A stretch of DNA of 64,000 bases from the IMG/VR virus record IMGVR_UViG_3300032050_000002, one strand, 5' to 3'. A program made the position numbers and the translations under genes. The DNA comes from a virus (taxonomy: Duplodnaviria; Caudoviricetes). Positions 28,193 to 37,761 of this stretch are shown here, in pieces. The notes under the pieces are model-generated. The model was given only the letters and a program-made list of their open reading frames with translations. It did no database searches and was not told the origin of the DNA. Position 1 is the stretch's first letter, and each line of letters starts with the position of its first letter.

Positions 28193-28457
28193 TATCCAAT
28201 CTAGTTAATAGTAGTGGCTTATAATCTTTAAGACCTGTGTATATCCAAGATTCTTCAATTATATAATTGATACCGTCTAATTGTGTTTCTTGGAATAGAG
28301 ATAAATCAGCAACATATAATACACAATCTATTATATAGTTTTTTTTATTGGTTGAGTAAGTTACGTGATTAATCTTAACTTGAGTTCCTTCTCCGTATAA
28401 TAATTCAAGTTCTTTTTTATAAAGTTTATCAATTATAAGGGATAACGGTTTTTTCAT
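28170..28457 (-). CDS. Hypothetical protein
   Basis: 95-aa ORF with TATTTATA upstream. Confidence 0.65.
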   Translation of the reverse strand: MKKPLSLIIDKLYKKELELLYGEGTQVKINHVTYSTNKKNYIIDCVLYVADLSLFQETQLDGINYIIEESWIYTGLKDYKPLLLTRLDIIQDKPQ

Positions 28458-28510
28458 TTTTATAAATATATGGTAAAAAAATTTAAATATAAATTGTAAT
28501 ATTTATTGGT

Positions 28511-28861
28511 ATGAGATTAATAATCACTGAACAAGATAAAGAAAAAATACTTGATAAGTATAAGGATAATACTGATAATGAACTTTTTAATAAATTAAAA
28601 AGAAGATATAGAATAATTCCTAAACAAACTATAGAAACACCTTTCGGACCTCATGAAGTTGATACCTCAATAGTATATGAAGATGGTGATAGAGTTGCGG
28701 AAATAAAAAATAGAAAATCTGAACTAATTAATAAAATTTATAATGAAGTTGTAGATGACTTATATTATGGTGAAAATTTAGACCGAGATAAAATAGGGAT
28801 TATACGAAGAACTATTAAAAGATATTTAGACCAAGCACCTTTTATCGAACCAATTAAATAA
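28511..28861 (+). CDS. Hypothetical protein (MRLIITEQDK motif)
   Basis: 116-aa ORF after TATTTATT. Confidence 0.7.
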   Translation: MRLIITEQDKEKILDKYKDNTDNELFNKLKRRYRIIPKQTIETPFGPHEVDTSIVYEDGDRVAEIKNRKSELINKIYNEVVDDLYYGENLDRDKIGIIRRTIKRYLDQAPFIEPIK

Positions 28862-28907
28862 TATTGACTTAATAAAATTATTTTTATATAATTTTTTAAA
28901 AAACAAT

Positions 28908-29141
28908 ATGATACTAACAATTATTTTAGCAATTTTAACTATTTCAATCATTACCGCATTGATTATGATGTATTTGTGGTGGAAAAAATATGGGAAAGAA
29001 TTATTTAAAATGATTCTCAATCAAAACGATATAAATTTAGGAAATCCTTTTGGAGACACTAAAAATATGTTTAAAGAGTTAAATAAAACAATGGGAATAA
29101 TTAACGAAATTAGTAATAAAAATCACAAAAATGGAAAATGA
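28908..29141 (+). CDS. Small membrane protein
   Basis: N-terminal TM helix. Confidence 0.6.
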   Translation: MILTIILAILTISIITALIMMYLWWKKYGKELFKMILNQNDINLGNPFGDTKNMFKELNKTMGIINEISNKNHKNGK

Positions 29142-29331
29142 TTTTAGTTGGATTATTAGAATTTTAGCCTCATCCAAAAATTTACAACACATTAAAGTTT
29201 CTGAAAAACTTTTTGAAAATTTTAAGAAAAAGTGGTCAGAGTTTATTGAGGATAGTGTTAACGATATTGTCTATACAAGACAATTTAATGAAAAAAAACG
29301 TAATATACAAAAAAAATTGGGTTTTTCATAA
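29131..29331 (+). CDS. Hypothetical protein
   Basis: 66-aa ORF. Confidence 0.55.
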   Translation: MENDFSWIIRILASSKNLQHIKVSEKLFENFKKKWSEFIEDSVNDIVYTRQFNEKKRNIQKKLGFS

Positions 29332-29465
29332 TAAAAACTTAAATTTTTTTAAATTTATATTATATTTATTATTACTATCACTCATCAGGGTGTCAACATA
29401 TAATAATGGGGAAACTTTTTTTAGTTTCCCTTTTTTATTTTAAAAAAACTTTGTATCTTTGTCGT

Positions 29466-30062
29466 ATGAAAGAGGAAAAATTAAATATCTTTAAAAAAAT
29501 AGGTCTTTGGTGGAAGTTTGAAGGACAATACTATCATAAGGACTTTATAAATGGAGTGAAAAACTTATGGAAATGGTTTCCAACTATTTGGAAAGATAGG
29601 GATTGGGATGATAGTTTTATATTTGATATTTTAACAAAAAAACTAAAAAATCAAGCGGATTATATCGGTAAAAAAGATAGGCATACACGAGCAAAACGAG
29701 ATGCGGAAGTTATGATGACTTGCGTTAGATTATTGGAAAAAGTAAAAACTGAAGAATACGGAATTGAGCACTTTGATTACGAAAAATCTGATTGGGATTT
29801 TGTTCCTTGTGAAGACCATCCGGGTTACTCAACATTAGAGGTTAATAGAATCTCAGAAAACTTTGATGATTACTTCAAAAAATATCCAAGACAATATAAA
29901 CGAGTTATGAATGGTGAGATTAATAGATTTAATCGTGATATTACCGAATTAACAAATGACAAACATAATATTGCTATGGAGATTGCCCACGAAAATCACG
30001 AAAGAGCTAGAAAATTGGTTTTCAAGATGTTAGAACAAAACATTGAAAAATGGTGGGATTGA
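29466..30062 (+). CDS. Conserved-looking phage hypothetical protein (IWKDRDWD motif)
   Basis: Start moved to ATG 29466 after TATCTTTG at 29454. Confidence 0.75.
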   Translation: MKEEKLNIFKKIGLWWKFEGQYYHKDFINGVKNLWKWFPTIWKDRDWDDSFIFDILTKKLKNQADYIGKKDRHTRAKRDAEVMMTCVRLLEKVKTEEYGIEHFDYEKSDWDFVPCEDHPGYSTLEVNRISENFDDYFKKYPRQYKRVMNGEINRFNRDITELTNDKHNIAMEIAHENHERARKLVFKMLEQNIEKWWD

Positions 30063-30094
30063 TTTGGTGAATCGAAATAAAATTCGTATCTTTG
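30063..30094 (+). promoter_or_regulatory. Bacteroidota sigma-A promoter, apparently leaderless
   Basis: TTTG 30063 - N20 - TATCTTTG 30087; ATG 30099. Confidence 0.8.
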
Positions 30095-30098
30095 TATT

Positions 30099-30782
30099 AT
30101 GAAAATTACGTTAATAAGTGATACTCACACCAAACATAATGAAATTACCAATGACTTAATTGGGGGTGATTTAATTATACACGCAGGTGACCTTAGTAAT
30201 ATGGGTTATCTTAATGAAATTAGAGACTTTTTTAAGTGGTTTAAGAAATTACCTTATGATGAAAAAGTCTTTATTTGTGGTAATCACGATTTTGGATTTC
30301 AAGATTATCCTGTTGAGATTGAAATGATGTTAAATGAACACCCTGAAATTGATTATTTACAAGATAATATGTATGTTATCGGAGATGATTATCAAAGTGG
30401 TATTAAAATTTGGGGTAGTCCTTGGCAACCAAGATTTTATGATTGGGCGTTTAATGCTGACAGAGGTGATGATATAAAACAACATTGGGATAAAATACCA
30501 AACGATATTGATATATTGGTAACTCACGGACCTGCCTTTGGTCATTTAGATAAAATATTAGGTCAAAGTAATTCTTTAGGTTGTGAGGAATTAACCAAAG
30601 CAATTGAGAGAATTAAACCTAAAATTCATATCTGTGGTCATATTCATAGTGGGTATGGTTACAAGTTTGATGGAACAACTCATTATTTTAATGCGGCGGT
30701 TTTAGGTGAAAGATACACATATCAAAATAAACCATTTCATTTTGATTGGAATCCTGAAACAAATGAAGTAACCTTCATATAA
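30099..30782 (+). CDS. Calcineurin-like metallophosphoesterase
   Basis: SDTH, AGD, GNHD, THGP, GHIH motifs. Confidence 0.9.
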   Translation: MKITLISDTHTKHNEITNDLIGGDLIIHAGDLSNMGYLNEIRDFFKWFKKLPYDEKVFICGNHDFGFQDYPVEIEMMLNEHPEIDYLQDNMYVIGDDYQSGIKIWGSPWQPRFYDWAFNADRGDDIKQHWDKIPNDIDILVTHGPAFGHLDKILGQSNSLGCEELTKAIERIKPKIHICGHIHSGYGYKFDGTTHYFNAAVLGERYTYQNKPFHFDWNPETNEVTFI

Positions 30783-30784
30783 AT

Positions 30785-30811
30785 AAAAAACCCCTCAACG
30801 AGGGGTTTTTT
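30785..30811. terminator. Bidirectional intrinsic terminator
   Basis: AAAAAACCCCTC-AAC-GAGGGGTTTTTT between convergent genes. Confidence 0.8.
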
Positions 30812-30812
30812 A

Positions 30813-31415
30813 TTAACTATTTAACGATTGATAAAAATGTTTAAAGTGTTTAATTCTGTCGGCAAGACCTAATGTACCTCCATTAACTCTTTTAGTTACC
30901 GCAGTTACGGTTGCATCATCCGCCCCCTTATCACAAATTTCCCATAACTTATTATTGTTAAAGAAAAATGCGGCTGAAGCCAAAGGATATTTTGTTGAGA
31001 CCAAATCAGGATTTACAACACAATCTTCTCCGATAAATTTAGTAAAGTTAGTGTAGTTACTTTTTCCGGTTAACTGAATATAACCTCTACCTCTAAATTT
31101 ATACCCTTCTTTAGTTGTTTCATCACCATTCCCCATTCTACTACCATAAACTCTTGACGCAATTTTTTCAGGATTTTTTGCATAAGATTCCGCCAAGTTA
31201 CCGGGAAAATACTTTGGGAAGACTTTCATAAGTCCGTCCTTAGAATAGTTTAGGTTTTCATTAACGGCCTTAAAATTACCCGATTCGTGGGCACATTGAG
31301 CCAAAAAATGAGCCAATCTTAAATTAGATGTAATGTTAAATTTTGACGCCGTATCAGGGATTTGAGATAATACATTGTCAGGTACATGACCTTTTAATTT
31401 TTCTACGTTTATCAT
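30813..31415 (-). CDS. Glycoside hydrolase family 19 (putative endolysin)
   Basis: LAHFLAQCAHESG...FRGRGYIQLTGKSNY...VTKRVNGG. Confidence 0.9.
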   Translation of the reverse strand: MINVEKLKGHVPDNVLSQIPDTASKFNITSNLRLAHFLAQCAHESGNFKAVNENLNYSKDGLMKVFPKYFPGNLAESYAKNPEKIASRVYGSRMGNGDETTKEGYKFRGRGYIQLTGKSNYTNFTKFIGEDCVVNPDLVSTKYPLASAAFFFNNNKLWEICDKGADDATVTAVTKRVNGGTLGLADRIKHFKHFYQSLNS

Positions 31416-31490
31416 ATTTTAAAAGTTTTTATTATAATAAATATGTCAAAAATGTAAATGGTTTTTTAAAAATAAAACTATTTATTAAGT

Positions 31491-33092
31491 ATGAATTATA
31501 AATTTAAAACTTATTTACTCCCTTCAATTATTATCATGTCTGTTTTTTTTATTCTTAAAACAATGATAATAATTGGTTATATTGAATCAACTCAAATTAC
31601 TAAAGTTGTTGAATATCTTTGTATAATACTATTTATACCATTATTTTATTTTTTGATGAAATCACAAAACGATGAATTAAAAAGTAATTTATTAAAGAAA
31701 ATAAAAGATGATGAGGGGTTTATTGATGCTGCTGCGATTATTTCAGTAGCGGATAAAAATGGTAAAATTACATACGTTAATAAAAAATTTGAGGATGTGT
31801 CCGGATGGTCTTTGGATGAAGTAATTGGTAAAGACCATAATATTGTTAACTCAGGACGACAACCTAATGGTTATTGGGGTAAAATGTATCAGACGGTAAT
31901 GAAAGGTGAGATATGGAATGATGTTGTTACCAATAAATCAAAATCTGGTGAATTATATTACGTTGACACATATATTAAAGCGAAATTCGATAATAATGGT
32001 AAATTAGAAGGTTTTTCATCAATTAGACAAGATGTTACAGAGCTTAAGAAAAAAGAGACGGAAATCCGTAATAGAATGAATGCGATTAATAAATCTAACG
32101 CGGTTATTGAGTTTGATTTAGAAGGAAACATTATTTTCGCAAATAATTTATTTATAGAAACTATGGGATATTCTCAACAAGATGAACTATTTGGGAAACA
32201 TCACAGAATTTTTATAGATGATGAATATGCAAAAAGTGAAGATTACTCTCTTTTTTGGAAAAAATTAAATGAGGGTATATTGTTTTCTGGAGAAATTGTT
32301 AGAATCAAAAAAGACGGGTCTTTGGTACATTTACAAGCCACGTATAACCCTATTATTGGTGTGGATGGTAAAATTTATCGTATTATGAAAATCGCAACTG
32401 ATGTAACTAATTCTTATGAACAAAAGAAAGAGATTGAGAAGAAAAACACTTACCTAGAACATGCTGCTAAAATATTGAGACATGATATGCACTCAGGAAT
32501 TAATACTTATATGCCAAGAGGACTTAGTTCATTAGAACGTAGATTAAAACCTGAAGATATTGAGTTGTTAAAGATTGAATCACCTCTTAAAATGATTAAA
32601 GAAGGTCTTAAACACTCACAAAAAGTTTATAAAGGTGTTTATGAGTTCACCAATCTTGTAAAGAAAGATGTTGTATTAAACAAATCTGAATGTAATGTAA
32701 AGAATATCCTTAATGATTATTTATCATCGACCGCCTATATAAGTCAAGTCATATTAGAAGATAATTTACCAACGATTGAAATTAATGAAGCGTTGTTTTG
32801 TACTGCGGTTGATAACCTAATAAGAAATGGTTTAAAGTATAATGACTCTGAAACAAAGTTTGTTAAGATATATTATGAAGGAGATTTAATTTTAATACAA
32901 GATAATGGTAGAGGAATTACTCAAGAAGATTTTAATTATCTGTCTAAACCGTATACAAGAAAAGAAGGTCAAAAAGAATCAGGAACAGGGTTGGGATTAA
33001 ATATTTGTGTTGCAATTTTAGAAGAACACGGATTTACAATTACGTGCGAGAAAAACGAAATTGGGACTAAAATGAAAATAAAAATAAAATAA
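31491..33092 (+). CDS. Membrane-anchored PAS-PAS sensor histidine kinase
   Basis: Two N-terminal TM segments; two PAS/PAC; H-box RHDMHSG, N-box NLIRNGLKY, DNGRG, GTGLGL. Confidence 0.9.
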   Translation: MNYKFKTYLLPSIIIMSVFFILKTMIIIGYIESTQITKVVEYLCIILFIPLFYFLMKSQNDELKSNLLKKIKDDEGFIDAAAIISVADKNGKITYVNKKFEDVSGWSLDEVIGKDHNIVNSGRQPNGYWGKMYQTVMKGEIWNDVVTNKSKSGELYYVDTYIKAKFDNNGKLEGFSSIRQDVTELKKKETEIRNRMNAINKSNAVIEFDLEGNIIFANNLFIETMGYSQQDELFGKHHRIFIDDEYAKSEDYSLFWKKLNEGILFSGEIVRIKKDGSLVHLQATYNPIIGVDGKIYRIMKIATDVTNSYEQKKEIEKKNTYLEHAAKILRHDMHSGINTYMPRGLSSLERRLKPEDIELLKIESPLKMIKEGLKHSQKVYKGVYEFTNLVKKDVVLNKSECNVKNILNDYLSSTAYISQVILEDNLPTIEINEALFCTAVDNLIRNGLKYNDSETKFVKIYYEGDLILIQDNGRGITQEDFNYLSKPYTRKEGQKESGTGLGLNICVAILEEHGFTITCEKNEIGTKMKIKIK

Positions 33093-33107
33093 AAAAAAAG
33101 AAAAAAA

Positions 33108-33539
33108 ATGATTGATTCAATTTTATTAGTTGATGACGAGGATTTATTCCATTTGGTTTTTGAGGATAGTTGTTCCTTATTAGACATTACATTGTCATTA
33201 AAAAGTTTAAATAGTTCTGATGAGGCGGCTAGGTTATTCGCCGATTGGCAAAAGAACTCAAGTGGTAGACCCGAATGTGTATTCGTTGACCTTAATATTA
33301 TAGGTTCATCCTTTGATGGTATTGAACTTATTCGTAAGATTAATTTTGAATACGGTAATAACGTAGTTATAGGTATTATATCTTCGAGTAACGAATCGGA
33401 AGAACAGGCAAAGGCTATTCAAGCGGGAGCTCAATTTTGGATAATAAAATCTGATGATATTGAACCTCGTTTAGAAGAGTTTAGAAAAGATTACGAAGGT
33501 TATAAAAATAGAACCTCACCTTTTAAGGTTTATAAATAA
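33108..33539 (+). CDS. Single-domain response regulator (receiver)
   Basis: ILLVDDED, FVDLN, DGIELI, SSS, IIK motifs; no output domain. Confidence 0.85.
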   Translation: MIDSILLVDDEDLFHLVFEDSCSLLDITLSLKSLNSSDEAARLFADWQKNSSGRPECVFVDLNIIGSSFDGIELIRKINFEYGNNVVIGIISSSNESEEQAKAIQAGAQFWIIKSDDIEPRLEEFRKDYEGYKNRTSPFKVYK

Positions 33540-34219
33540 TGATTAAACTTAACAAAGAGACTAAATTACAATTAATAGAGTTATATAATACTAAAAATAT
33601 AACTTTGGAGGGAAATATTGCCAAAGTTATTGATACCGAAAACGATGAAGATTTTAAAAACTATATTGAATACTGTGTTAATAAAGATAGGGAGACTAGA
33701 AAGAGGCGTTTGGATATAACAAAACAGGTTCAATTACAAAACAAAGAATTATCTGACCTTAATTTGGAAAATACAAAAATTATGTCCGAATTACAAGAAA
33801 CTTTAAAAAATGTTGAGACTTCCAAAGAGGAGATTCAAAAACAAAATACTGAACTTGTTGAATGGAAAGAAAAAAATGAAAAAATTAGTTTAGAATTACA
33901 AAGTGAAATGGAAAAATCCGAACAAGCAAGACTTGAAGCGGAAAATGCCAAACAACACGCAATAAATGATTTAGATTTACTTCAGAAAAAAACTCAAACA
34001 GAACTTATCGGTAAAATTGTTAAAGTTGCTTTATGGGTAATCGTATCAGTCGGTATTGTAACAACATTAATGTATATTATCTCAATTTTTGCAAATAAAG
34101 ACACTCAAATGATAGGTTCAACATGGTCAAATATGTTTGGTATATTATTAACCAACGCTTTTAGTATCATAGGAACAATAATGGGTGTTAAATACGCTTC
34201 AGAAAAGAAAGAAGATTAA
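33539..34219 (+). CDS. Coiled-coil protein with two C-terminal TM helices, coupled to the receiver gene
   Basis: Long heptad region then hydrophobic hairpin; TAATG overlap. Confidence 0.7.
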   Translation: MIKLNKETKLQLIELYNTKNITLEGNIAKVIDTENDEDFKNYIEYCVNKDRETRKRRLDITKQVQLQNKELSDLNLENTKIMSELQETLKNVETSKEEIQKQNTELVEWKEKNEKISLELQSEMEKSEQARLEAENAKQHAINDLDLLQKKTQTELIGKIVKVALWVIVSVGIVTTLMYIISIFANKDTQMIGSTWSNMFGILLTNAFSIIGTIMGVKYASEKKED

Positions 34220-34410
34220 GTTTTCTTTCTTGTTCTTTTTATTGTAGGTTTTTTATCTTCAGTCGGGTATTCTTTTTTATATTTCATATCAACTTCATAT
34301 GGGTTATTACCGTTTTTTTTAGTATCGTATTTCCAAGTTGATACCGTATATTCATCTTCATACACAACTTCCCATTTACGATGATTTTGTTTTTCAATTT
34401 TTGGTTTCAT
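34216..34410 (-). CDS. Hypothetical protein
   Basis: 64-aa ORF (WKYDTKKNGNNPYEV). Confidence 0.6.
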   Translation of the reverse strand: MKPKIEKQNHRKWEVVYEDEYTVSTWKYDTKKNGNNPYEVDMKYKKEYPTEDKKPTIKRTRKKT

Positions 34411-34582
34411 TTTACAAATGTAATAATTTTTTTTTATATAAATACAAAAGAATATTTGTCAGGTGTATTTTTAATTTTATGACAAAATGACATAACAAAT
34501 AATTTGGCATAGAATTTAATATCTCGCGAACGGACTTGATTCCATAATAAAAAAATAATATAATTAAAAAAAACAGTAAACT

Positions 34583-36433
34583 ATGGGAAAAATTATAGGT
34601 ATTGACCTAGGAACAACAAATTCATGCGTTGCCGTAATGGAAGGTAACGAACCAGTCGTGATTACGAATAACGAAGGAAAAAGAACAACACCATCTATTG
34701 TTGGTTTTGTTAGTGAGGGTGAAAGAAAAATTGGAGACCCTGCAAAAAGACAATCGGTAACCAATCCGAATAAAACAATTTACTCAATTAAAAGATTTAT
34801 GGGCACTAATTTCACAGAGTCTAAAAGTGAGATAGAAAGAGTCCCTTATAAAGTAGTAAAAGGAGATAATAATACTCCAAGAGTTGAAATTGACGATAGA
34901 AAATATTCTCCACAGGAAATATCAGCAATGATTTTACAGAAAATGAAAAAAACCGCTGAAGATTATCTTGGAACTGAGGTTACTGAGGCGGTTATTACGG
35001 TACCGGCTTACTTTAACGATGCTCAAAGACAGGCAACAAAGGAGGCGGGTGAAATTGCAGGACTAACCGTAAAAAGAATTATCAACGAACCTACCGCAGC
35101 CGCCTTAGCCTACGGATTAGATAAGAAAGGTAAAGACCAAAAAATTGTTGTTTTTGATTGTGGTGGAGGAACTCACGATGTATCCGTATTAGAATTAGGT
35201 GATGGAGTGTTTGAAGTACTATCAACGGATGGAGATACTCATTTAGGCGGAGATGATTTTGACCAAGCGATTATTGATTGGTTAGTATCGGAATTTAAAA
35301 CCGAAAATGGGATTGATTTAACTAAAGATTCTATGGCGTTACAAAGATTGAAAGAATCCGCAGAAAAAGCGAAAGTAGAACTATCCTCAACAAGTTCTAC
35401 CGAGATTAACTTACCTTATATTATGCCGGTTGACGGTATCCCAAAACATTTGGTTAGAACGTTAACAAAATCTAAATTCGAACAATTAGTAGATAAATTA
35501 GTCGAAAGAACTATTGAACCTTGTAAATCGGCATTAAAAAATGCGGGATTAAAAACTGAAGAAATTGATGAAATTATTTTAGTTGGTGGAACAACAAGAA
35601 TTCCCGTAATTCAAGACGCAGTTAAAAAATTCTTCGGTAAAGAACCGTCAAAAGGAGTTAATCCTGATGAAGTAGTTGCGTTAGGAGCCGCTATCCAAGG
35701 TGGGGTTTTAGCTGGTGATGTTAAAGATGTTTTATTATTAGACGTTACCCCACTATCATTAGGTATTGAAACAATGGGTGGAGTTTTTACAAAACTTATA
35801 GAATCCAATACAACGATTCCAACTAAACGTTCGCAAGTATTCTCAACTGCCTCGGATAATCAACCAAGTGTTGAGATTCATGTATTACAGGGCGAAAGAG
35901 CGATGGCGAGAGATAATAAAACTATTGGTAAATTTTTCTTAGACGGAATTCCTCCGGCTATGAGAGGTACACCTCAAATTGAGGTTACATTTGATATTGA
36001 TGCAAATGGTATTATTAATGTATCCGCTTTAGATAAAGCAACTAACAAACAACAATCAATCAGAATTGAATCATCTTCAGGGTTGTCAAAAGAAGAAATT
36101 GAAAGGATGAAGAGGGATGCTGAATTAAATGCCGAAAGTGATAAAAAGGCCAAAGAAGATGTGGAGATTTTAAATATAGCGGATAGTACCGTGTTCAATA
36201 TCAAAAAATCTATGACAGATTTAGGTGAAAAAATAACTGAAGAACAAAAAAGTGAGATTAATTCTATAATTGATAAATTAACAGAGTCAATTTCTAAAAA
36301 AGAAATAGATACCGTAACAACTTTAGTTAATGAATTAAATGAAAAGTTTCATAAGATAAGTGAGGAACTTTATAAAACAGAAGAACCTTCAGATATTAAT
36401 CATAACGATGTAGAATTTGAAGAAGTTAAGTAA
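34583..36433 (+). CDS. dnaK: Hsp70 chaperone DnaK, full length
   Basis: [40 protein letters not shown]; C-terminus DVEFEEVK. Confidence 0.98.
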   Translation: MGKIIGIDLGTTNSCVAVMEGNEPVVITNNEGKRTTPSIVGFVSEGERKIGDPAKRQSVTNPNKTIYSIKRFMGTNFTESKSEIERVPYKVVKGDNNTPRVEIDDRKYSPQEISAMILQKMKKTAEDYLGTEVTEAVITVPAYFNDAQRQATKEAGEIAGLTVKRIINEPTAAALAYGLDKKGKDQKIVVFDCGGGTHDVSVLELGDGVFEVLSTDGDTHLGGDDFDQAIIDWLVSEFKTENGIDLTKDSMALQRLKESAEKAKVELSSTSSTEINLPYIMPVDGIPKHLVRTLTKSKFEQLVDKLVERTIEPCKSALKNAGLKTEEIDEIILVGGTTRIPVIQDAVKKFFGKEPSKGVNPDEVVALGAAIQGGVLAGDVKDVLLLDVTPLSLGIETMGGVFTKLIESNTTIPTKRSQVFSTASDNQPSVEIHVLQGERAMARDNKTIGKFFLDGIPPAMRGTPQIEVTFDIDANGIINVSALDKATNKQQSIRIESSSGLSKEEIERMKRDAELNAESDKKAKEDVEILNIADSTVFNIKKSMTDLGEKITEEQKSEINSIIDKLTESISKKEIDTVTTLVNELNEKFHKISEELYKTEEPSDINHNDVEFEEVK

Positions 36434-36437
36434 AATT

Positions 36438-36464
36438 AAAAACCCCTCAGTAGAGGGGTTTTTT
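36438..36464. terminator. Bidirectional intrinsic terminator
   Basis: AAAAACCCCTC-AGTA-GAGGGGTTTTT. Confidence 0.8.
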
Positions 36465-36465
36465 G

Positions 36466-36717
36466 TTAATTAGTGTCCTGTGTATTATCGGTTTTTTTTG
36501 TGGTTTTGTCTAAAAACTTTTCTACCACATTACCACCAATACAAACCAAAACAATAACTTTTACCGCATCAACAAGTTCTTCACTTGGTTTAATAGATTC
36601 GTGTTGATACGAATTTAGTAACATAGTTACTGCAATAAATAAAAATCCTAAGAAAGCTATAACTCTCTTAATTGAAGTGTCTCCACCTCCGAACATTGAT
36701 TTGATGAAATTTTTCAT
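36466..36717 (-). CDS. Small two-TM membrane protein, holin-like
   Basis: TSIKRVIAFLGFLF TM1, second TM, basic C-terminus. Confidence 0.5.
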   Translation of the reverse strand: MKNFIKSMFGGGDTSIKRVIAFLGFLFIAVTMLLNSYQHESIKPSEELVDAVKVIVLVCIGGNVVEKFLDKTTKKTDNTQDTN

Positions 36718-36768
36718 AATTATTATTTTTTATAATAAATATTTACTTTTCATCAAAAGTCTTTTATA

Positions 36769-36903
36769 TTAACGACCTTGACCTCTGTATGATTTTGGTT
36801 TCTGTTCTTTTGGTCCGTAATGTTTTTTTAATTTACCAACTTTCTTTTTACCGAAAGAAATTTTAGTTGATTTAGTTGTTCCTTTTGACTTAGTTGTTGC
36901 CAT
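36769..36903 (-). CDS. 44-aa highly basic peptide ending YRGQGR, not in the track
   Basis: MATTKSKGTTKSTKISFGKKKVGKLKKHYGPKEQKPKSYRGQGR; own TATTTATA motif upstream. Confidence 0.7.
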   Translation of the reverse strand: MATTKSKGTTKSTKISFGKKKVGKLKKHYGPKEQKPKSYRGQGR

Positions 36904-36937
36904 AATTTATATATTTTTTAATATAAATATATTGAAA

Positions 36938-37017
36938 TAAAAAAGGGGATAGTAGCGAACTTCCCCTTTTTCTGTTATCGTAACGATAACGGTCCTAAAA
37001 GTCCTCAGTTAAGAGGA
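36938..37017 (-). ncRNA. Three-hairpin element with two blocks matching 23S rRNA H69-H70 in swapped order (antisense on the transcribed strand)
   Basis: + strand 36979-36998 matches E. coli 23S 1909-1928 at 19/20; 36952-36964 matches 1930-1942 at 12/13; hairpins TCCTC/GAGGA, GTTATCG/CGATAAC, AAAAAGGGGA/TCCCCTTTTT. Confidence 0.65.
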
Positions 37018-37521
37018 TTATTTTTCTTTAATCAACATTAAACATCTCTTTAAATATTCTTTAGCTCTTGGAGTTGGGTCAGAGTGATTCAATACCTTTT
37101 CAATATCTTTGACTAATTCTTCACCATGTTCATTTTCTTTATAAAGTTCTATCACTTTATCCATAGCTCTGTGACAATCATTATTTGTCTCATCAAAATA
37201 ATGTTTATTTCTATAATTTCTTAAATGATTTAACAATTCATAAGATAAGTGTTCACCACCATCAGAAATATTTGGATGTAATCTTAGAGTTCTTAAAATG
37301 TCTAAAGTGTCAATCATTCCTTTTATACCCCCACGTCTTTTTTTAACGTTAGATGTATAATCATTGTAATCGTCAGAAGTTCCAACAATTTCATCCAAAG
37401 GCATTGTGTTGTCAGTTAAACATCTTGGTTTTTTTTCTTCTTTTTCTTCACCCATTTCTTCCAATAGGTGTTTTCTGATTACTTTACGAATATCAGATTC
37501 TTTTATCTTAATTTTTTTCAT
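37018..37521 (-). CDS. Hypothetical protein (KKIKIKESDI motif)
   Basis: 167-aa ORF; TATTTATA upstream; the rRNA-like element starts right after its stop. Confidence 0.75.
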   Translation of the reverse strand: MKKIKIKESDIRKVIRKHLLEEMGEEKEEKKPRCLTDNTMPLDEIVGTSDDYNDYTSNVKKRRGGIKGMIDTLDILRTLRLHPNISDGGEHLSYELLNHLRNYRNKHYFDETNNDCHRAMDKVIELYKENEHGEELVKDIEKVLNHSDPTPRAKEYLKRCLMLIKEK

Positions 37522-37565
37522 AATTAAATATTATTATACACATATAAATATATCTATAATAAGAA

Positions 37566-37760
37566 TTAATCAAGATTTTTTTCGTTAATCTGAACGGTCT
37601 TTTCGAGCCAAATATCAAATATCATAAAATAAACCCACCAAGTTAGTTTTTGAAACTCAACCCCTGAAGAGTCTTTCCACGACACAAATAATAAGTAAAC
37701 AATATTAATCATAATTGCTAACCTTATTATCACTAATATAAAAATAAAAAAGTTTTTCAT
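37566..37760 (-). CDS. Small membrane protein
   Basis: Two hydrophobic segments; start moved to ATG 37760. Confidence 0.55.
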   Translation of the reverse strand: MKNFFIFILVIIRLAIMINIVYLLFVSWKDSSGVEFQKLTWWVYFMIFDIWLEKTVQINEKNLD

Positions 37761-37761
37761 T

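Noticed and set aside
36938-37017. rRNA gene fragment or host contamination
   Set aside because: Only two short blocks match, in swapped order, embedded in phage-type hairpins between phage genes; there is no flanking rRNA sequence.
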